From positions 25,985 through 89,984 of the forward strand of contig JBFLYO010000002.1 in NCBI GenBank assembly GCA_040756745.1: a stretch of DNA of 64,000 bases. The letters run 5' to 3'. Numbering within the stretch: the first letter of the stretch is position 1; each line of letters starts with the position of its first letter. Source of the stretch: Bacteroidota bacterium (GTDB lineage: Bacteria; Bacteroidota; Ignavibacteria; UBA10030; UBA6906). A program made the position numbers and the translations under genes. The notes under the pieces are model-generated. The model saw only the letters and a list, made by a program, of their open reading frames with translations, did no database searches and was not told the origin of the DNA. Positions 21,031 through 28,633 of the stretch are shown piece by piece.

Positions 21031-21549
21031 CTATCGTGCGTCGTCGTTCGTGTCGTTCTGAAGTTCTCTGAGTTTGTCCCAGCGTCCGTCCGCGATGGTG
21101 TCCCGGCAGTCGCAGGGTCCCTCGTTGAGGTTTTTGCCGCAGTGCGGACAGAGTCCCTTGCATTGTTCGCGGCACACGCGTTTCAACGGTACCGCGAGGA
21201 GGATCGTTTGACGTACATCCTCCGAAAGATCGATCATCGTCAGTCCGGTCGAAACCACCTGGAGTTCCGCAGGGTCGAAGCGCGCGGTGTCGTTCCCCTC
21301 CCACACATAGTACATCTGGTAGCCCCCGCCAATCCCCTGACGGAACCGTGTGATGCACCGGTCACACTCCCACCACGCGCCCGTCGCCACCGTCGTCTTC
21401 AGGAGAAGTTCATTTCCCGTCTTCTCCAGGGTGGCCTGTACGCTGACGTCTTCTTCGAATTCCGCTCCGAGTCCCAGGTCTGCAGGCGCAACGGTGAAGC
21501 GGTACGCATGGAGACCCTCAGAGAGCCCCCCAACCTGTATTTTCATCAT
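21031..21549 (-). CDS. yceD: YceD/DUF177 family protein
   Basis: ECDRC, CREQCKGLCPHCGKNLNEGPCDC, DGRWDKL; upstream of rpmF. Confidence 0.9.
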   Translation of the reverse strand: MMKIQVGGLSEGLHAYRFTVAPADLGLGAEFEEDVSVQATLEKTGNELLLKTTVATGAWWECDRCITRFRQGIGGGYQMYYVWEGNDTARFDPAELQVVSTGLTMIDLSEDVRQTILLAVPLKRVCREQCKGLCPHCGKNLNEGPCDCRDTIADGRWDKLRELQNDTNDDAR

Positions 21550-21656
21550 GCTCCCTTCCGCCCGCTGGAGGGGAAGGGGAGCGGACCCGCCCCCTCCCGG
21601 GACACTCGATACCCGCGAAATCCGCATGGAATCGAACAAATTGCCAAAAGCTTAAT

Positions 21657-21685
21657 AATATACGCAGATGCCCCACGAGAGTCAA
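21657..21685 (-). promoter_or_regulatory. sigma70 promoter of the yceD-rpmF-plsX-fab operon
   Basis: TTGACT-17-TATATT on - strand. Confidence 0.7.
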
Positions 21686-21772
21686 GAAACCGCCCCGGCC
21701 CTTTCGGAGCCATCCAGAGGGATGGTCCGGCATACGCGGTGGTATGCGGGACAATCAGGGGGAAATGGCGGA

Positions 21773-21803
21773 TCCCGCCCCCTTGCACTCCAAGGGGGCG
21801 GGA
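21773..21803 (-). terminator. Hairpin downstream of DUF3276 gene
   Basis: TCCCGCCCCCTTG-CACTC-CAAGGGGGCGGGA perfect 13-bp stem. Confidence 0.6.
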
Positions 21804-21820
21804 GAGTGTTGAAGGCAGGC

Positions 21821-22093
21821 CTACTCCTGCTTCACCGGCTCGCTGTGCTCGAGCAGCTGTGCATGCACGTGCTCGATCGTCTCTGCGAGAGCATCGCGGA
21901 ACTTGTCGAAGTCCTCTTTGTAGAGAAAGATCTTGTGCTTCTCGTACTCCTCATCCCCCACCCGCTTGCTCTCGGTGATGGTGATGTAGAAGTCTTTCTC
22001 GGACTTCGTCGACTTCACGTCGAAAAAGTAGGTCCGCTTCCCGGCCCGAACGCGCTTGGTGAAGATCTCGTCTTTGTAGCCGTTGCTGTCCAA
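21821..22093 (-). CDS. PUR-family nucleic-acid-binding protein (DUF3276)
   Basis: EIFTKRVRAGKRTYFFDVK..FYITITESKR..HKIFLYKEDF; AGGAGG SD, TTG start. Confidence 0.88.
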   Translation of the reverse strand: MDSNGYKDEIFTKRVRAGKRTYFFDVKSTKSEKDFYITITESKRVGDEEYEKHKIFLYKEDFDKFRDALAETIEHVHAQLLEHSEPVKQE

Positions 22094-22108
22094 GGTCCCT
22101 GCCCTCCT

Positions 22109-22161
22109 GGTGGTTGTTGTGACGGTGTGGTGGTGGATGATGGTGGTGGTGATGGTGATGG
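22109..22161 (+). repeat. (GGN)n / (CCA,CAT)n trinucleotide tract
   Basis: ggtggttgttgtgacggtgtggtggtggatgatggtggtggtgatggtgatgg. Confidence 0.75.
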
Positions 22162-22177
22162 ATCGGATGAATTCACA

Positions 22178-24451
22178 CTATTGGCGAATGACCGCGAGTT
22201 TCCCGGCGCCTGTCTGGCTGCCGTCTTCCGAATAGCCCACGACGAGATATATGCCGGACGCAACCACGCTCCCTCTGTCATCGCGCCCATCCCAGAACCC
22301 TATCCGCCCCCCCGGGGTCTTGATCTCTCGGACGAGGGCGCCGTCAAGGGTCAGAATCTTGATCAGCGAGTTCGCGACGAGGCCATCGATCGTCACGGGG
22401 ACAGTGCTGGGGACCCGGTAGGGGTTCGGATAGGCAAGGAGCTTGTCGAACTCCTCCTTTGGTGCAGCGGCGGCAGTGGTGAGGCTTGCAAGGCCGTAGG
22501 CCGTCCCGAAATAGATGGTCCCTGTCGCCCGGTCGATCGCAACGCTCTTCACGTCGTTGTCAATCAGCCTGCCCCCGGTGTTCTCCACGGTATAGGTAGC
22601 GAGTTGCTGCGTTCCGTCCGGCGACAAGAGCACCGCTCCCTCAGTCGTCCCAACCCACTTCTGATTAAGGGGATCGACCGCAATGGAGTTGATGACCACG
22701 CCCAGCAGCGGCTTGTACGCGGCAATCGCCCCGGTGCGGGTGGGGTTTGAGGGGTCGAGGATGATCGCGATGCCTCTGTCGGTGCCCACCCAGATGTCGT
22801 TCTCCTTGTCCACGACGATCGTCTTGACGTCGTCGCTCGGCAGTCCATGCGCTGTAGTGACGTGGAACGCCGCCACGCTGTCGATACTCCCCCTGTTCCC
22901 AAGAGAGACAACGCCTTTGAAACCGGGGTCCCGCACCACAGTCCAGAGATTGTCGGACGCATCGACGGCCAGGAGCCGATCAACCGGCCGGTCCATGAGC
23001 GTGCCAACACGCGCCCCGCCGACGATCACCGGGAGTGTACGCCAGGTGCCGTTGGCCCGGCGCACGGCGATCACATTCCTGTCCGCCGGGAGAACGATCG
23101 ATGTCCACGTGTTCCCCGCCCCGTCACAGACGACGCTACTTGTCACCACGTAGCTGGGATCCCCGACCAATCCCATCATGCCGACATTTCGTCCAAAGAC
23201 ATGGCTGCTGTCAATGATGGCGGCACCCGCGGGGATCTCCGCGATCCCCCGACCGTAGGTGCTTGCCCAGAGCGATCCATTGCAACCCATGGAGACCCGG
23301 TAGACTTCATCGGCCGGGAGAGAGCTGTTCTGCATCGTAAACGATATCCATCCCTTCCCGTCGAAACGGTACACTCCCTTGCCGGAGCTTTCGCCGGAAG
23401 CCCCCCACACCGTCCCATCCGGTCCCACAACGACGTTGATAAACTGGTTGGAATTCGGTCCGTTGGGGAAATGGGTCGTCCAGGCCGACGCGAATGTTAG
23501 TATTCCCCCTCCCATCGAGCCGACGACAGGACTGCCGTTGCTTCCCATGGCAACAGCCGCAGCCGGGATGGAGAGCGTTGTGCCGAAGGATTGCGCCGAG
23601 GCCGCCGTGTCCACGACAAAGACCTCTCCTGCAGTGGTACAGACCGCGAGAGACAACGGGGAGCTCCCCATTGCAACCACCGACTTTCCGGCGAGTGCAG
23701 TGACCTGGGCCCACGTGTTGCCGTCATAGTAGTAGAGGCCTGTGGAGGTGCCCGCATAGAGTCGCCCGTTCATTACTGCGAGCGGACCGGGCACGGTCCC
23801 GGCTGACCCGATGGGGTCGAGCGTCCACGACTGGGGCTCGAGCAGGTTCGGGCTGGAGAGACTTGCTGAGGCAATGCGGTGGGTGCTGAGCCCGTCCGAG
23901 ACCGACGCCCAGATCCTCCCGCCGTTGATCGCGCCGCTGAACACTGTCACACGGACGTTGGGGGGGTAGGAGCCGAAGCGGGTGAACGTGTCGCCGAACT
24001 CGTTGCGCGATAGTCGATAAATACTCAGGCCGAAATCCGTGGCGACGAGCAGGCTGTCACCGGCTGTTGTGAACGACCGAATGCTTTTGTTGGACTGGCC
24101 GGGGAACTCAGCGATGTCGGGGACCATGCGGAGGGAGCCGGTTGCGGGAGTGTAAACCTGGATGAGGCCGCCGGAGGTGCCTGTCCACACATCCCCCGAC
24201 CGGTCGGTAGCGATGGCGGTGAGGTCGATGCTCTTGAGCCCTTCAGCATTCGTGAAGGCGAGATAGTTCGTCGTCCCCTCCTCCCAGCGGAAGAAGCCGC
24301 CGCTCGTCGCTGCCCAGAACACGCTTCCGCTCCGCGCAAGCCCTTTCACGTCTTTCATCGACGTATAATTCTTCCACGTCCCCGTCCCGGCAAGCACCAC
24401 GCCCGGCACGAGGAGGAGGACCGCACAGCAGTACCACCCTCGCATCGTCAT
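22178..24451 (-). CDS. porZ: PorZ-like two-propeller protein with T9SS C-terminal domain
   Basis: GTWKNYTS N-terminus, repeated D..G..W.GT propeller motifs, C-terminal AYPNPY..IKILTLDG..WDGRDDRG..VASGIY. Confidence 0.7.
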   Translation of the reverse strand: MTMRGWYCCAVLLLVPGVVLAGTGTWKNYTSMKDVKGLARSGSVFWAATSGGFFRWEEGTTNYLAFTNAEGLKSIDLTAIATDRSGDVWTGTSGGLIQVYTPATGSLRMVPDIAEFPGQSNKSIRSFTTAGDSLLVATDFGLSIYRLSRNEFGDTFTRFGSYPPNVRVTVFSGAINGGRIWASVSDGLSTHRIASASLSSPNLLEPQSWTLDPIGSAGTVPGPLAVMNGRLYAGTSTGLYYYDGNTWAQVTALAGKSVVAMGSSPLSLAVCTTAGEVFVVDTAASAQSFGTTLSIPAAAVAMGSNGSPVVGSMGGGILTFASAWTTHFPNGPNSNQFINVVVGPDGTVWGASGESSGKGVYRFDGKGWISFTMQNSSLPADEVYRVSMGCNGSLWASTYGRGIAEIPAGAAIIDSSHVFGRNVGMMGLVGDPSYVVTSSVVCDGAGNTWTSIVLPADRNVIAVRRANGTWRTLPVIVGGARVGTLMDRPVDRLLAVDASDNLWTVVRDPGFKGVVSLGNRGSIDSVAAFHVTTAHGLPSDDVKTIVVDKENDIWVGTDRGIAIILDPSNPTRTGAIAAYKPLLGVVINSIAVDPLNQKWVGTTEGAVLLSPDGTQQLATYTVENTGGRLIDNDVKSVAIDRATGTIYFGTAYGLASLTTAAAAPKEEFDKLLAYPNPYRVPSTVPVTIDGLVANSLIKILTLDGALVREIKTPGGRIGFWDGRDDRGSVVASGIYLVVGYSEDGSQTGAGKLAVIRQ

Positions 24452-24487
24452 TGCCGTCGTCTCAGGCGGCGGACCCACGAATGTCCG

Positions 24488-24976
24488 TCACCGCGTCGAG
24501 CCTTTCTTCCCTTCGGTGAGTTTTCTGGTCAGATCTGCGAGTTCGATCGCCGACAGCGCGGCGTCCCATCCCTTGTTGCCTGCCTTCGCGCCCGCGCGTT
24601 CGAGTGCCTGTTCGAGCGTGTCCGTCGTCAGCACACCGAACGTGACCGGGATGCCGGATTGCAGGGCGACTTGTCCTGCGCCCTTTGCCACCTCCGCGGC
24701 AATATAGTCGAAGTGTGGCGTCTCGCCCCGGATCACGCAGCCGAGGCAAATGATCGCATCCACGCCTCCGGCCGATGCGAGACGCTGGGCGAGGAGGGGA
24801 ATCTCGAACGAGCCTGGGCAGCGGATCACGGTGATATTCTGGTCTTCCGCTCCGTGGCGCAACAGGCAGTCCATCGCTCCACGGAGGAGCTGGTCGGTCA
24901 CCAGAGCGTTGAACCGGCTCACGACGATCCCGAAGCTGCGCCCCTTCGCGCTCAGCAGTCCTTCTATGATAGGCAT
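24488..24976 (-). CDS. ribH: 6,7-dimethyl-8-ribityllumazine synthase
   Basis: [35 protein letters not shown]. Confidence 0.97.
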   Translation of the reverse strand: MPIIEGLLSAKGRSFGIVVSRFNALVTDQLLRGAMDCLLRHGAEDQNITVIRCPGSFEIPLLAQRLASAGGVDAIICLGCVIRGETPHFDYIAAEVAKGAGQVALQSGIPVTFGVLTTDTLEQALERAGAKAGNKGWDAALSAIELADLTRKLTEGKKGSTR

Positions 24977-25010
24977 GTGCAGTGTCCTCCGATATGCGGT
25001 CCGGCTCAGG

Positions 25011-25832
25011 TCAGCGCAGCCGGCGGCGCATCATCTCCACGTGTTCGGTTGAGACAACATACCGTCCCAGTGCTTCCCTGTCGTTCCGCCGCCCGCCGTG
25101 GAAATCGGAGCCTCCGCTCTCCAGCAGGAAATATTCGCTGACGATCCCGCTGTAATGCGTCACCAGCTCCGGGCTGTGGGAAGGATGGACCACCTCAATG
25201 CCGTCGATCCCCGTGGAGATCAGCTCCAGCAAGAGCTTCTCGTCCACCGCGTGGGCGGGATGAGCGAGAAACGAGAGTCCCCCAGCTTTGGCAATCAACG
25301 CGACTGCCTCGCGCGGCGTGACGAGATGCTTCTTCTCATAGGCGGGCTTGCCGAATCCGATGTACTTGAGAAACGCCTCGTGATAGGTTCCGGTCAGCCC
25401 TTCTTCCAGCAATGCGTTTGCGATATGGGGGCGTCCAACCGATCCCGTGCCGGCCTGGTCGAGCACCGCCTCGATTGACAGGGGGACATGTAACCCGTTC
25501 AGTTTCGCGACGATCCGCTCTGCTCGCTTGCGCCGCTCCGAACGAAAGAGCGACAGATATTCCTGCAGTCCCCGGTCGTGGTGGTCGAAGCAATATCCCA
25601 GAATGTGAATGTCCTGCTCACCGACGCTTGTACTCAGCTCCACGCCGGTAATGACCTCGATCCCCGCCTCTCGACCCAGCGCGAGCGCCTCGTCGAGTGC
25701 GCCCGTATGGTCATGGTCGGTGATGGCGATGGCATCCAGGCCGGCCTGTCTGGCACGGTCGATGAGCTCACGAGGGGAAAGGGCGCCGTCGGAAAACGTC
25801 GTGTGGAGGTGGAGATCCGCTTTGCCATCCAT
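25011..25832 (-). CDS. PHP-domain metallophosphoesterase (TrpH/YciV-like)
   Basis: [39 protein letters not shown]. Confidence 0.9.
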   Translation of the reverse strand: MDGKADLHLHTTFSDGALSPRELIDRARQAGLDAIAITDHDHTGALDEALALGREAGIEVITGVELSTSVGEQDIHILGYCFDHHDRGLQEYLSLFRSERRKRAERIVAKLNGLHVPLSIEAVLDQAGTGSVGRPHIANALLEEGLTGTYHEAFLKYIGFGKPAYEKKHLVTPREAVALIAKAGGLSFLAHPAHAVDEKLLLELISTGIDGIEVVHPSHSPELVTHYSGIVSEYFLLESGGSDFHGGRRNDREALGRYVVSTEHVEMMRRRLR

Positions 25833-25874
25833 GCAGCACGGGCCCGGGTAAGAAAGAACGGAAACAGGTCCTGC

Positions 25875-26570
25875 TCAGAGGTACCTGGACTTGAACTTCT
25901 CGTAGTCGTTGATGATGAGCTTCCCCCGCTCGATTTCCAGGTGCCCCTCACGGATGAACGCGTGAATCATGCGCGAGATGGTTTCACGAGAGGTTCCGGC
26001 CATGTTCGCAAGGTCCTGCTGGAGCGGGAGCTCGTCGATCTCGACCCGCCCCTTGCGAATTTTGCCGATGTCGTCCGCAAGCTGGAGGACGACGTTTGCG
26101 ACGCGGCCTGCCGCGTCCTTGAGCGACAGGCTCTTGATCTGAGAATCAGCCTTCCGCAGCCGCATCGTCAGCTCCTTCAGGAGAGCGATTGCGACGGAGG
26201 GAAAATCGTGGAGGAGCTTAAGGAAGTCGCGCCGGTGGATCATGAAGAGCTCAGACTTCGTGATGGCCACAACGCTTGCCGACCGGGCGAGCCCGTCGAG
26301 AATGGCCATTTCGCCGAAGAAGTCGCTCTCCCCCAGGATGGAAAGGATCACTTCGCGGCCGTCGTCATCCATCCGGACAATCTTGACTTTCCCGGTAACG
26401 ATCACAAACAGCGCCGCTCCCGCTTCCTCCTCCAGGAGGATGATGCTCCCCTTTTTGTACTTCTTCCTGACCCCGACCTTGGCAATTGTGTCGAGGTCCA
26501 TCGGCTCCAGGTCGCACAGAATCGGTACGTTCTTCAGGAATTCGATCTCGTCCTTGACTGCTGTGTTCAG
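25875..26570 (-). CDS. Crp/Fnr family transcriptional regulator
   Basis: FFGEMAILDGLARSA cNMP-binding motif; HTH LANMAGTSRETISR; homology extends upstream of ATG 26501 (EIEFLKNVPIL) to CTG 26570 behind GGGAGG. Confidence 0.9.
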   Translation of the reverse strand: MNTAVKDEIEFLKNVPILCDLEPMDLDTIAKVGVRKKYKKGSIILLEEEAGAALFVIVTGKVKIVRMDDDGREVILSILGESDFFGEMAILDGLARSASVVAITKSELFMIHRRDFLKLLHDFPSVAIALLKELTMRLRKADSQIKSLSLKDAAGRVANVVLQLADDIGKIRKGRVEIDELPLQQDLANMAGTSRETISRMIHAFIREGHLEIERGKLIINDYEKFKSRYL

Positions 26571-26648
26571 GATGACCTCCCTCGGTGTTGTGCTGGGTGT
26601 CGGGAGACAGAAGGGTCGTCCCTGCGCGCCATCAAAACAGGTTCACCG

Positions 26649-26678
26649 AATATAGCTGGTGATGTGATGAAAGTCAAG
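26649..26678 (-). promoter_or_regulatory. sigma70 promoter of the crp gene, overlapped by a CRP-like box
   Basis: TTGACT(26677-72)-17-TATATT(26654-49); TGTGA-tgaaag-TCAAG at 26663-26678. Confidence 0.65.
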
Positions 26679-26711
26679 AAATGGGAGAGTGCCCTGGAAG
26701 GGAATCAGCCG

Positions 26712-27491
26712 TCAGTCCACAAGGAGAAAGTAGGTCAAAAGCGCGAAGCCAATCTCGGTGAGGGCCAGAGAGATTGCGGCGGCGTTGTCGAGCCGGCGAG
26801 TTTCATCGCGAAGGGCAGGGGTTCCGTATTGCTCGTACAGCCCGTTCCGCTCGTCGGCGCGGATCTTGAAGTACGCCGCCGCAACCCCGGCGATAATGGT
26901 CGCGCCGCCCGCGATGTAGAGACGCATCATGCTCCGGCTCCCGTTGCTTTCGCTCACCAGCGGTCCGGGGAGGCCTTCCGATTGCCAGATTCTTTTCAAT
27001 GATGCGTGCGCGATTCCGCCGCTCAGGCCCGGGAGGGGGATCGCGGCGGTTTCGTATCCCTGCAGGGAGAGCCGCACTTCCCGGGCTGACTGTCCGGCAA
27101 GCGTTACCAGGACGAGGGGCGTGGTTCCGACAGCCGAATCACCCAGGGTGACGAGAGCCCCCGATGGATCGGTGACAACCATGACGTGCGGCGCGAAGGC
27201 GTACCGCAGAGTGCGTCGTTCTCCTGCCGCGAGCGTGACCGTGTCGACGATCGATCCCGTCAGCCACGAAGAAAGATCCTTCTGAACGAGGCGGATGACG
27301 TGGGGTCCGGCCGAGAGGGAATCCTCACGCCAGGGCGTCGTCCCGCGCCTGCCGGAGTCAATGGTGACCCACGCGGTATCGCTGACGGTGAGGATTTCCA
27401 GGGAAGCCGCGCGCGCTGCAGCGGCGCTGTCCTGCGATGGTGCCTCGACGGCAGCAAGAGCGACCAGCATGATGAGCGTCGCCGATCTCAT
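26712..27491 (-). CDS. PEGA-domain secreted/membrane protein
   Basis: Signal peptide; two PEGA-like repeats (VTID..GTTPW; TDPSGALV..VGTTPL..LSLQGY); C-terminal hydrophobic helices. Confidence 0.75.
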   Translation of the reverse strand: MRSATLIMLVALAAVEAPSQDSAAAARAASLEILTVSDTAWVTIDSGRRGTTPWREDSLSAGPHVIRLVQKDLSSWLTGSIVDTVTLAAGERRTLRYAFAPHVMVVTDPSGALVTLGDSAVGTTPLVLVTLAGQSAREVRLSLQGYETAAIPLPGLSGGIAHASLKRIWQSEGLPGPLVSESNGSRSMMRLYIAGGATIIAGVAAAYFKIRADERNGLYEQYGTPALRDETRRLDNAAAISLALTEIGFALLTYFLLVD

Positions 27492-28633
27492 TGCGCTGCT
27501 TCCCTATAAGCGAGCACGGAGTGCTCATCCGTGGCGATGTACAGGTGCCCGAACGCCGCTGCGGGAGAAGTGCGGATGCGCCCGTCGGCCGATTCGTTCC
27601 AGATCACCCTCCCGCTGCCGGCATCGAGCGCGTAGATCTGTTTGCGCAGCGTGCCGACGAACACTGTCGTGCCAGCGACCGCCCCACCGGCGCTGATCGG
27701 ACCGCTCAACGAGGTCCGCCAGAGCTGTTGACCGTCACGCGTCCGAAGGCCGAGAGCGGTTCCCGCCAGCGTCCCAACCACAACACATTCGCCCGCCGGG
27801 ACGGCATTCGCGACGATCGATTCCCGGGTATCACAGCGCCAGAGCAGCGAGCCCGTTGACCGTGCGAGGGCTATCACCTCTCCCGAGCGATTGCCGACGA
27901 TCACCATGCCGCCGTCGATCAGCGGCGATGCACTGACGGGCGCGCCGGTGTTGAATTTCCAGAGCAGCGCCCCCGAGCCGGACCGCAGCGCAAAGATCCA
28001 CCCGTCGTCGGCCCCGAAAACGACCGTGCCACTGTCTGCGGCGGCAGAGGAGCGGATCCCCTTCAGTGTCTTATTTGCCGGGAGCTCGAACTTCCACACC
28101 TCGTCCCCGGATCCGCGGTGGACGCAGAAGAATTGCCCGCTGATGTTCCCGATGTAGAGATGCTGGTCGTAGAGGAGCGGGGAGGTTTCGATATCGCCGA
28201 AATTCTTTTTCCAACGGACTTTCCCCTCGAACAGATCATAGGCCACGAGCGATTCTCTGGTGTTCGAGAGCGCCATGAACACGGTGCTGCCGTCGACCAC
28301 GGGAGAACCCTGGATGGCATCGCCGAGCCCGACCCACCCGATGACGCGGCCCGTCCGGGCTGCGATCGCATAGAGCTCCCCCCGCAGGTTAGTCACAAAG
28401 ACGACGCTGTCGACGATGACGGGGGAGCCGTTCCCCACGCCGGCTGTGACATCCTGTTCCCACGCAAGGGTGAGAGGGGGAGTGACCTGGCTTGATGCGA
28501 CTGCCGTCCGCGTTGCGCCCCGGGCAAACGTCGGCCAGTCGTCCTCCTGCTGGCGCAGATACCGCTCCATGCGGAGTCCTCCGCAGCCGGAGAGGACGAG
28601 GAGGAGCGCGATCGCCACACGTTTTGAGGCCAT
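27488..28633 (-). CDS. BamB-like PQQ-repeat beta-propeller lipoprotein
   Basis: Lipobox LLLVLSG-C; repeated SP.....V.....G...A....G...W motifs. Confidence 0.85.
   Translation of the reverse strand: MASKRVAIALLLVLSGCGGLRMERYLRQQEDDWPTFARGATRTAVASSQVTPPLTLAWEQDVTAGVGNGSPVIVDSVVFVTNLRGELYAIAARTGRVIGWVGLGDAIQGSPVVDGSTVFMALSNTRESLVAYDLFEGKVRWKKNFGDIETSPLLYDQHLYIGNISGQFFCVHRGSGDEVWKFELPANKTLKGIRSSAAADSGTVVFGADDGWIFALRSGSGALLWKFNTGAPVSASPLIDGGMVIVGNRSGEVIALARSTGSLLWRCDTRESIVANAVPAGECVVVGTLAGTALGLRTRDGQQLWRTSLSGPISAGGAVAGTTVFVGTLRKQIYALDAGSGRVIWNESADGRIRTSPAAAFGHLYIATDEHSVLAYREAAQ

Noticed and set aside
22110-22175. Poly-His frame as a histidine attenuator leader peptide
   Set aside because: The frame is preceded directly by TGA with no ATG/GTG/TTG or SD, has no attenuator hairpin, and the downstream gene is unrelated to histidine
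21821-24451. Stop-codon readthrough fusion of the PorZ-like gene and DUF3276 (same frame)
   Set aside because: The T9SS domain must be C-terminal and DUF3276 has its own SD; sharing a frame is a one-in-three chance
24488-25832. PHP phosphatase as the missing riboflavin-pathway phosphatase
   Set aside because: Only adjacency to ribH supports it; the motifs fit the generic TrpH/YciV family
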